The notes beneath the pieces were generated by a model. That model saw nothing but the letters and a program-made list of their open reading frames with translations. It did not search any database and was not told the DNA's origin. The translations under genes and the position numbers were made by a program. Shown piece by piece: positions 18,974 through 27,000 of a stretch of DNA of 34,705 nt; within the stretch, counting starts at the first letter, position 1, and every line of letters starts with the position of its first letter. Origin of the DNA: a virus (taxonomy: Duplodnaviria > Caudoviricetes); IMG/VR virus record IMGVR_UViG_3300022178_003189, positions 1 through 34,705 of that record; one strand, 5' to 3'.

Positions 18974-20278
18974 TTAGAACGTGCCGCCACCGGTTTGAAA
19001 TGAGTATAGTGCGTACCTTAAAGCATCTGCCATGTGCGAGGCCATATTATGTTTTGGCTTTTCTCTAGCAAGGTTGGGATTAGTATCCCACTGGTAAGCA
19101 TCTAGACACCCTAAGGTCTCTTTGCATTCTTGGTGCACAAACATAGTATCATTATCTACGATGGCAGCTACATAAGCTATACCATCCAGCACCGACTTCT
19201 TGGCGTTTATAGTACTAATATCATAGTTCTGTGCAAAGTCAAAACGGGTCTGCGCGGCAGCGGAATCTATATAGATATAGTCTATATCCCACTTATCTAT
19301 TAGTCCTTGTATTTGTATGGCATGTTGCTCTGTAGTACGTTCTGAATCATAGTACTCATCTAATACATGAAATACAGCATTATCCCAATCATACGCAATT
19401 ACACAAAATGCAGTAGGATCTCTATACCCTACATCAAGTCCTGCGAATATGTCCATACCTTTTGGCTCAAACCTGCTGTAGTCCTGGACTTGCGTCTCGA
19501 AATTAAAGTTCCAAATCTGTCCTTCGTAAGTATTAAAATCCGCCTCGTACTCTTGCTTAAATTCTGCCTCACTCATAGACTTTTTAGCTTCTGTTATATC
19601 TGATTCGGTCATTCTAGGGTTGTCTTTATAAGTTGCACGTATTGAACACCATTCAGCAAACTCGTCGCTGTATCCTCTATAAAAGAACTCTGAGAACCAA
19701 TTGTTGCGGCCACGAGGGGTTGATACAAATATAGCTTTAGAGTTAGGCTTATCTAGTGTGGGACGTAGTGCTACGTTGAAAGCATCTCTACCGTCTGATA
19801 GTGCTGCTTCATCGAATATGATAAGATCGTAGCTTCGGCCTACACAAGAATCTACCTGATTTACGGAACCCATACGAACGTTTGAGCCATTAGATAGTGT
19901 GATAACTTTATCTTTTGCGTTATCTTTTGTTACTTCTAAGTCAAAGTGTTTTATGAGACCCCGTTGTAGGTCGAAAGAAATCTGAGACAGTGAGTAGTTC
20001 GGTGACATTATCAACACATTACAGCCAGGAATAAGAGTAACTAATTGACCAATAATATTGGCTATGTACGTCTTGCCTTGTCTACGTGACAGTGCTGCTA
20101 CTATGAAGCGATACTTAGGGTTGTTAACTGCATTGATCATAGCTATTTGCGACTCTAGCGGTTCAATGTTTAACATATCTAAGTAAGGCTCTACAGGTAT
20201 CTTCAAGAAACGATCAGCGGAGTCAAGCTCCACTATTTCGCTGCTTACTATGTCTTTTCTACTTATTTCTATTGCCAT
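18974..20278 (-). CDS. terL: Terminase large subunit
   Basis: 434 aa with Walker A SRRQGKT, Walker B LIIFDEAA, coupling motif VSTPRG, and RNase H-like GLDVGYRD...SHMADALRY. Confidence 0.97.
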   Translation of the reverse strand: MAIEISRKDIVSSEIVELDSADRFLKIPVEPYLDMLNIEPLESQIAMINAVNNPKYRFIVAALSRRQGKTYIANIIGQLVTLIPGCNVLIMSPNYSLSQISFDLQRGLIKHFDLEVTKDNAKDKVITLSNGSNVRMGSVNQVDSCVGRSYDLIIFDEAALSDGRDAFNVALRPTLDKPNSKAIFVSTPRGRNNWFSEFFYRGYSDEFAEWCSIRATYKDNPRMTESDITEAKKSMSEAEFKQEYEADFNTYEGQIWNFNFETQVQDYSRFEPKGMDIFAGLDVGYRDPTAFCVIAYDWDNAVFHVLDEYYDSERTTEQHAIQIQGLIDKWDIDYIYIDSAAAQTRFDFAQNYDISTINAKKSVLDGIAYVAAIVDNDTMFVHQECKETLGCLDAYQWDTNPNLAREKPKHNMASHMADALRYALYSFQTGGGTF

Positions 20279-20322
20279 TTTTACTTGCCTTTTGATTTAT
20301 GTTCTATCTTTAAATACAGCTA

Positions 20323-20628
20323 TTACCATTTTACTTTATCCGCCCAATATGCTGCAGACATTTTGCCTTTAGCAATATTTTTAGCGTGACGTGCTTTAAA
20401 CGAACGACGCTTTGCTTTCATAGCCGCTGATTCTCCTGCTTTTGGCTTACCAGCAGTTTTAGCTCCTTGTTGTCCAAAACGAATAGTCTTTACTTTACTG
20501 CCAACCTTTGCTACAACAATGTGAGATTTCTTTGCGTGACCTGGTGTGCGTTTAGGCTTATTGTACCCAGAGACTTTCGCCCGCTTTAGGCGAGAGTCTT
20601 TTTTACGGGGCTTGCGCTTAGCGGGCAC
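20323..20628 (-). CDS. Small, highly basic hypothetical protein (RFGQQG...RRSFKARH...SAAYWADKVKW type)
   Basis: 101 aa, Lys/Arg-rich. GTG start with GAGG upstream, in operon context. Confidence 0.8.
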   Translation of the reverse strand: MPAKRKPRKKDSRLKRAKVSGYNKPKRTPGHAKKSHIVVAKVGSKVKTIRFGQQGAKTAGKPKAGESAAMKAKRRSFKARHAKNIAKGKMSAAYWADKVKW

Positions 20629-20707
20629 CTTTCTTACCTCTCTTTTTTGGCTTTTTCTTTTTTGGTCGTCCTACTGTTGAACCATATGTTCCTCTACCTT
20701 TTGGCAT
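20618..20707 (-). CDS. 29-aa protamine-like basic peptide MPKGRGTYGSTVGRPKKKKPKKRGKKGAR
   Basis: Below the ORF-track size cutoff. Strong RBS AGGAGGT just upstream of ATG 20707, stop TAA at 20618-20620. Fills the gap between the neighbouring genes. Confidence 0.8.
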   Translation of the reverse strand: MPKGRGTYGSTVGRPKKKKPKKRGKKGAR

Positions 20708-20708
20708 A

Positions 20709-21203
20709 TTAACCTCCTAACGGGCTTGACGCCGCGTCTAGACCTTTCCAAAGATCATCTACTTCTGTCTTAAATGTTTTTACGTCCTTTTCAAAATCCT
20801 GTACATCTTCTAAACCTTCCTCTACTTTATCTTCTAAGATTAGAAAGTCTTTTTCTAGTTGGTTGACTTTATCTGTTGAAGCAGAGGCGTCATCTAGTAC
20901 TTCCTGTTGTCTATCACCTATATTTTTCAAGGTTACTCCTAGCTCTGCTAGTTTGCCTTGTAGATGTGCAACATTGTTGTCTTCTAGTTGAGTCCTTACA
21001 GTTGCGAGATCCTGTTCTATATCAGATAAATCAGGTATTACTATAGAGCCTAAATCGTCTTCTATAGTGGCTACTCGAGAGAAAAACTCAGAAGCTGCCC
21101 AAATGCCCCCACCTATTGTAGTTGCAAAACTAAGCATAATTGCTATGTATACACCCTTGAATGTAGTTCCACCAATTGTTAATTCTGTATTCTCTAAACT
21201 CAT
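20709..21203 (-). CDS. Single-pass membrane protein with a coiled coil
   Basis: 164 aa. Hydrophobic segment VYIAIMLSFATTIGGGIWAA followed by a heptad-like acidic helix. Confidence 0.75.
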   Translation of the reverse strand: MSLENTELTIGGTTFKGVYIAIMLSFATTIGGGIWAASEFFSRVATIEDDLGSIVIPDLSDIEQDLATVRTQLEDNNVAHLQGKLAELGVTLKNIGDRQQEVLDDASASTDKVNQLEKDFLILEDKVEEGLEDVQDFEKDVKTFKTEVDDLWKGLDAASSPLGG

Positions 21204-22021
21204 GGAAGTTCTCCCATTTCAGGTGCGGGATCACTATAAAAGCCTCCGTCTGAAGGTCCTCCTAAGTAGTCTTGTGGGTCTCTTTTTGTATCATAGCCCA
21301 GTAGAGAGGCTGTGTCTCCGTACTGAAAATATCCTTGAATCAGTATATCGGTATGATCTAGGTACACAGTGAGATGGTCGTCGTGCGCACCATAGAATGC
21401 AGTTGAGCGAGTCAGATTAGAAAAGCTATCTATAGATATAGTATCGGTTGTGGATAGTATATCTACGTCAAGCGAAGCATTTTTAAACACTGCGGCGCTT
21501 TGAGAGAATGTTTCAATCTTCTCTATAGACTCGTTGAACACCGCTACAGTTTGGGTGTCTAGAGTTAGGTCACTAGAGCGTATGAAGTTTTGCATATCTA
21601 CTCTTTCTTCTGCAGTTTCTGCATTTGCAGTTATCTCTACAACGGCTGCTACTTTAGATATTTCTGTGGCAGCGCCTGCAAACACCTCAATAGTTGCGCC
21701 GAGGGATTCCATAGAGTCTTGATACTGGTCTTCGTAAAAATCTGCTGCTGTATAGTAGTTAGCATTTACTACGTCTATAAGAGCTTGGTTATACGTGGAA
21801 ACCACTATTTGATCTATTTGTGCCTCTGTGTAAGTTCCTGGTACTACTATATTTCCGTTGAGGGCTGCCTGTGCTGCAGCATCTGCTTGCTGTCTTGCTA
21901 TAGCTACTTGATCGTTTATATAGTTTGAGCTAGTTACTAAACTATCAATCTCGCTCTGGGACTGTGCTAGTCCTGAAGCGCTCGCTAATGCTGCGAGTAT
22001 CACCAACCTCTTGGTTTTCAT
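21200..22021 (-). CDS. Secreted/periplasmic acidic helical protein, function unknown
   Basis: 273 aa with signal peptide MKTKRLVILAALASASGLAQS and a GGAG RBS. Confidence 0.75.
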   Translation of the reverse strand: MKTKRLVILAALASASGLAQSQSEIDSLVTSSNYINDQVAIARQQADAAAQAALNGNIVVPGTYTEAQIDQIVVSTYNQALIDVVNANYYTAADFYEDQYQDSMESLGATIEVFAGAATEISKVAAVVEITANAETAEERVDMQNFIRSSDLTLDTQTVAVFNESIEKIETFSQSAAVFKNASLDVDILSTTDTISIDSFSNLTRSTAFYGAHDDHLTVYLDHTDILIQGYFQYGDTASLLGYDTKRDPQDYLGGPSDGGFYSDPAPEMGELP

Positions 22022-22595
22022 CTTGCTTCTCCCCTCTGCCCAACACTAGGTCGTAGTATTCTTTACGCTCCAGGTAATTAGGAACGAAAGTTTCGGGCTG
22101 TCTTCGCATAGTAATAAATGCGGCTTTTCCTACAACGAGCTTTCCGTTGATTGACAATGGACAAGGCGTTCCACTAGAGAACATCGCTTCCCATACTTCG
22201 TCACTCTGACACATTCTTGCTATTGCAGCAATTGTCATGCCAAGTCCTTTTAAAACAATTGTATCCTTTCTACGATTACACTCTGAATCTTGAACATACT
22301 TACCTTTGCTAAACCCTATCACCTGTGACTGTACTCCTGCTGATAAAGATTTAAGGCAACTGTCCTGGCCCGCAGACATTAGAGAGGGCGCTGTAGCAGT
22401 AGAGACAGGTATCTGACTAGATGCTCCCGCTCCATTGTACTGATTTGTGTTGCTTTCCGAAGTATTGTTGCTATCTACGGTAGCCCCTTGGTAGTTGTTG
22501 TTTAGGTCACCTTCTTGGTTAGAAGAGTTATCACTATTTTCTTGTGAGTGAGAAAGTGCACTAAAGCACAGTAAAACAACTAGTGCTTTTTTCAT
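21945..22595 (-). CDS. Secreted protein with an Asn/Ser-rich N-terminus and a 4-Cys domain
   Basis: 216 aa with signal peptide MKKALVVLLCFSALSHS and APSL...DSC...ECNRRK...MCQ...GTPCP motif. Confidence 0.75.
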   Translation of the reverse strand: MKKALVVLLCFSALSHSQENSDNSSNQEGDLNNNYQGATVDSNNTSESNTNQYNGAGASSQIPVSTATAPSLMSAGQDSCLKSLSAGVQSQVIGFSKGKYVQDSECNRRKDTIVLKGLGMTIAAIARMCQSDEVWEAMFSSGTPCPLSINGKLVVGKAAFITMRRQPETFVPNYLERKEYYDLVLGRGEKQDENQEVGDTRSISERFRTSTVPERD

Positions 22596-22605
22596 GTTTC
22601 ACCTG

Positions 22606-22797
22606 CTATTTATATGTATTTGGTAGTTTAATGTCGGATACGTTTACTGAGTAGGGTGCGCCGCTTACTTTGACTTCTTTTACAACAACTTCTTCTACAC
22701 CAATAAAATCTTTTGCGTCTTTTTCGTTTCTGAATTTGCGTATTGTAACGCCTTCATCTACTACGTAAAAGTTAGCTCGTCGTTTAATTATATTCAT
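22606..22797 (-). CDS. Hypothetical protein
   Basis: 63-aa ORF coupled to the upstream gene by ATGA overlap. Confidence 0.6.
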   Translation of the reverse strand: MNIIKRRANFYVVDEGVTIRKFRNEKDAKDFIGVEEVVVKEVKVSGAPYSVNVSDIKLPNTYK

Positions 22798-23018
22798 CCC
22801 ATTTTCCCCGATAGTACCGTAATAACTAGAGACGCCAAAAATAGTATGGCAGCTCCTCCAATTGTTATGGTTCTTGATTCTATACGTTTAAGAGTTTCAT
22901 CAATATGATCCAGTCTACGAAAGTTAGATTTCCATCTTTCTTCGCACTGGACTATATGAGTCTCTGTCTCTCGCTCTAGAGAATCCAATCTACTGTGATC
23001 ATTCGCTTGTTGGTCCAC
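22794..23018 (-). CDS. XhlA-like coiled-coil protein with a C-terminal TM helix (possible holin-associated)
   Basis: 74 aa, HIVQCEERW...RLDHIDETLKRIE followed by a hydrophobic C-terminus. Confidence 0.6.
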   Translation of the reverse strand: MDQQANDHSRLDSLERETETHIVQCEERWKSNFRRLDHIDETLKRIESRTITIGGAAILFLASLVITVLSGKMG

Positions 23019-23466
23019 TTAACAACTTCTCCATCAGCTTACCATAATTTCCCTGTCCAAAAGGTATTGACTCATTTATTTGAACATTCGTCTGGTTCTT
23101 TATATTACCCGATTGAGCTTTTTCTAACTCTGCTTGGGCTTTGATTTCGTCCATGCGCATCTTATGCGCCATTTGAAGTAAGTCTGCAAGATCCTTGCTA
23201 GAGTAAATCCCAGTTTCCTGAGCTTCTTCTAGTTTGGATGCAATCATTTCGTCTAGTACTGCTCCTATCTGATTCTTATTACGGTATCCAAGGTCTAGAT
23301 AGACGGTGTCGACATAACGTTTAACCTCTCTAGAGTTTAGGTTCGCTACCACTTTGTCTTCAGGTACGCACAAATGTTCGCTAACTGCACGAATGTTGCC
23401 GAACTGTAAATAACTATTCGCTATTTCCAGTCCTTCAGGGGATATTTTGGTTACTTCTTTAGCCAT
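22999..23466 (-). CDS. terS: Terminase small subunit (T5-type)
   Basis: ISPEGLEIANSYLQFG, LEEAQETGIYSSKDLADLL, TNVQIN and NYGKLMEKL motifs. Start placed at ATG 23466 because the longer TTG start is the promoter -35 box. Confidence 0.88.
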   Translation of the reverse strand: MAKEVTKISPEGLEIANSYLQFGNIRAVSEHLCVPEDKVVANLNSREVKRYVDTVYLDLGYRNKNQIGAVLDEMIASKLEEAQETGIYSSKDLADLLQMAHKMRMDEIKAQAELEKAQSGNIKNQTNVQINESIPFGQGNYGKLMEKLLSGPTSE

Positions 23467-23473
23467 GTTAGAA

Positions 23474-23502
23474 ATTATAGAGGAGTTAAGTTCAAAAGTC
23501 AA
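23474..23502 (-). promoter_or_regulatory. sigma70 promoter of the terS-terL operon
   Basis: TTGACT-17 bp-TATAAT, with only 7 nt between the -10 box and the terS ATG. Confidence 0.85.
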
Positions 23503-23524
23503 GTACTATTTTTTATACCCAGGC

Positions 23525-23552
23525 AATAAAAAGCCCCCAGTAAAGGAGGCTT
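23525..23552 (-). terminator. Rho-independent terminator after the OMP-like gene
   Basis: AAGCCTCC-TTTACT-GGGGGCTT followed by TTTATT on the minus strand. Confidence 0.75.
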
Positions 23553-23571
23553 CTTACGAACTTAGAAAATA

Positions 23572-23910
23572 CTACCAGAAAGTGTAGCGTACTTCAGTTT
23601 CTAGCTTATGGTTCCAGTCCTCTACATTGGTGCTTTCAATTTTACCTTTGATCTGCAAGTCACCAAACTTAACTTTGTACCCTGCTTCTGCAGCAGTACC
23701 AGTATCAAAGTCTAAACCAGTACCAAATTTACCGTACTCAACATAAAAGTTTTTTCCGATTGAGGTACCGAGACGTAAATTACCTGTAGTCTCTTCAAAT
23801 GAACCAAGAGTATCAAACTCTGTAAAGCTTACATTGTTCTTGTACTCAATGTATGGACCTGCTACCGCTAAAGGTGCAACTAGTGCTGTTACTAATAATA
23901 AATTTTTCAT
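23572..23910 (-). CDS. Small outer-membrane beta-barrel-like protein
   Basis: 112 aa from ATG 23910 (GGAGA RBS). Signal peptide MKNLLLVTALVAPLAVA, alternating amphipathic strands, and a C-terminal beta-signal-like ETEVRYTFW. Confidence 0.72.
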   Translation of the reverse strand: MKNLLLVTALVAPLAVAGPYIEYKNNVSFTEFDTLGSFEETTGNLRLGTSIGKNFYVEYGKFGTGLDFDTGTAAEAGYKVKFGDLQIKGKIESTNVEDWNHKLETEVRYTFW

Positions 23911-24029
23911 AAATTCTCCATTTCTTTTTCGATTAGTCGAGGACATAGTATACCTCAAATCTCCTCCAAAAGTAAAGTGAAAAATTCACAAAAGTTGGTA
24001 ACATTTTTCGTAGGTTATGGCACCGAAAG

Positions 24030-27000
24030 CTATCCTGTAGTGACAACTATACTGCCACGATAGACACCAGAGCTACTGCCCGTCTTTGTATAGTAATAAG
24101 TACCTGGAGTATGCGGAACCCAAGTTACTTGACTATTTGCTGTACCTACATTATTTATAGTCTCTTCATTTAGTACATTATTTGTTGCCGAGGAACTATA
24201 TGCGGTCTTTAGTGACATAGATGCCTCACTAAATGTGATTTTTAGTCTATCGCCTGTGCGCATGGTTAATGTCTTGTTCGGTACATTCGAGAATGAGCCA
24301 TTCCTGTCGGTGCCAGACAGTTTAATAGTACCACTAAAAGTAGTAGTTACTGTATATGTAGGTCCGGTGTAAGGAACTGTGTCTATAGATATTACTGTGT
24401 CGGTAATATTATTGATTGTCTCATTATTCCAGGGCATGATACCATGCTGTCCACTACTCTGCCCTCCATCTACAGCTCCGAAAAGGTAGCTGCTCACTCT
24501 ACGCACTTGGTAATAAGCACCCCTTTCTATCGTAATATACTTCGCGGCAATTGAAGAGGTATTGTTATCTGTCCGTGCTATACCTCCTTTATATAGGGCC
24601 CAGTACTTTGTAGTATGGTAGTACGTTCTTTCACTGAGTCCAAGAGTATCACTTTCTGTTTCTGTTTCGGTTCTGATGCACTCTCTATGCGACTGTACCT
24701 TTGTATTATAAAAGAACGCTGGCGCCGCAGAAGTAGTAAGCGATATCGTAGAGCTTGCTGTTGGAGTAAATTGGCTACTATGGCTCTGGAAGTTACCTCC
24801 CCAACTATTGGCCTTGAGACTTCCACAAGAGGGCGTAACCGGATTTGAAGGGTGAGATATATTTGCAGTGTCTGTTATGAGCAGAGGTCTAGATCTGGAG
24901 TCGAACACTGTTACTCCTGCATTTGATAGTATTTGCATGCCATGGTCGCCATGAGGCGTGGGGGCAGAGGGCGGCTCAGAGAATATGTAAAGCTCTGGAG
25001 CGCCCCCTACGTTGTAGGCGTTTACATCGAAATTTCCGTTATCAGCTACAGTGTAAGGGCCTGTACGTTTAACTGGTACAAACGAAAAGTGTTCTGTATA
25101 TGTAGTATTATCAAAGTCAAAAGTGTAAGTATAGTTTCCTACAGTAACTCCCTGTGCTATCCCTCCTACAGTATTTGAGGACGTTATTGTGCTGCCGTTC
25201 CAGATAAGCTTCTCTTTCGTGCTGCCAGAGCTAGTCAATCTCCCATAGTTGGCTCGTAATAGGCCCCTAGCTGCGGAGGTTAAAGATACTTGATGGGCTT
25301 TTGTATGTGTAGTGCCTCCTCCAGTGCTCACATAAGAATAATTCCATTTGCTACTATTACTACTGGCATAGCTATACTTCGTGCTTAAAGGGTTTTGATC
25401 GCTGTAACGGTATGTAGGGAAATAGCTAAGTAAGCCTACGTTCTCGTGGCAATTCATTGCTTCGAATGTAGTACCAGTAGAATGCGTAGTTCTGTAAGCC
25501 CTATTAGGTCGCGCCACTGCCGAAGTCGAGCCTATCGTTATGTTGGCGAGGTAGTAAGGCTGTATATTTACACCATGAATATTATCTACAACACCTCTTA
25601 TGCAAGCTACGCCGGGAGTAAAGCTTCTTGTTTGCGTCTGAACTGTATCGGGAGTAGTTACAAAACCAGCGTGTCTCCACAGAGATGGATCGACTGCGGT
25701 GTGGTAAGATTTATTTCCATGGTGCTTTATTAAACGTACAGTGCTACCTGGAGTCCTAATAAGACTCATTTGAAAGGGGTGAGCCGGTGGTACATTAGTC
25801 CCAGATTGCTCAACTTTGACGTAGAAAGTACGGCCTTTTGCATGTAGTATATTGTCAATATCAGTGTTATGTACTGCGGAGAGTGTTCGGTCCCAAGGAT
25901 CGAGAGTCATGTCATAATCACTACTGGTTGTACTGACAGTCTTAAAAGTAGTAGTTCCCTTGTATAATGTATATGTTCTAGTACCTGTTATATTTTCTGT
26001 TTTAATATTTACTGTAATTCCTTGAGGAGGTGACTTCGCCTCTACTTTGGGATATGTCGCAGTCTGTAGGAGCTGGCTAAAACTAATGTTAGTGCGAACT
26101 TGCAAGTGAGGTTGTGAAGAAGTTGGTTTATAGTTCCACACTTGTTGGCTTACCCATATTTCGGAAAGCGTACCATCTAGTGCTCTAACATTTACGCGGT
26201 ATCTGACATGAACACTGCCCCCAGATGATTGAGTCGCATACACACTGGATGAATAATTTGAATGATCAGCCATTAAAGCTAGCTCTGTACTTTGATTCGC
26301 TGGTACTGACCACGTACCTGGAGTAAAAGGTGCAGGACTCATGCCGTTGGTGGCACTGTTGGTGGAAAGTAGGTTTTCATAAATGTTTACGAACTTTAAA
26401 GAGTATTCTCCTGGAGACAGAGAGGCTGCTGAAGCTCCATGATTGTAGGTAAGGAAGCCGGTGCCGTTATACACGCGTACGAGTCCTCCACTGTCTACAA
26501 AAGAAGTACTATAAGGTATGCGTAGCGTGTGTCCTCCATACAAAACGCCGAACGACGTTGGATTAGTCTGCGAAGGATTAAATGTTACTGATTCGTTAAA
26601 CGAAATACTGTCTGAAGTGAAGTTTGTTACCTGTAGCTTTGCTAACTGAGACGTACCAAGGTTGGTCACTGCATTATTTTCATCTCCCAAAGGTCGAGTA
26701 GTATCAGCAGTATCACTACGTAGTACGTGGTAGCTTTCATCTCCTTTCAACAGGACATCTATGTCCATGTCATTATCTAGATAATGTGTGGCACCTGATA
26801 GGCCAGCACGAAGTGTAAACCCATGTTGAGTAGTAGGTAATCCGAGTAAGGTGTTTCCATTGTTCGAATATGCCCAAGGGTTAATCCCTAAACTAGGTTT
26901 ATGATAAGTGGTATCCCAATATTCTGTATAGTCAGCAGGGTTGTCTGCACTAGTTTGGCCCAGATCAGGGTCTAGGTGTGCAGGGAAGTTGGTAACTTGT

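Noticed and set aside
18911-23958. Longer ORF-track starts for HNH (18952), terS (23502) and the OMP-like gene (23958)
   Set aside because: These starts fall inside promoter elements. The downstream ATGs give the expected N-termini or signal peptide.
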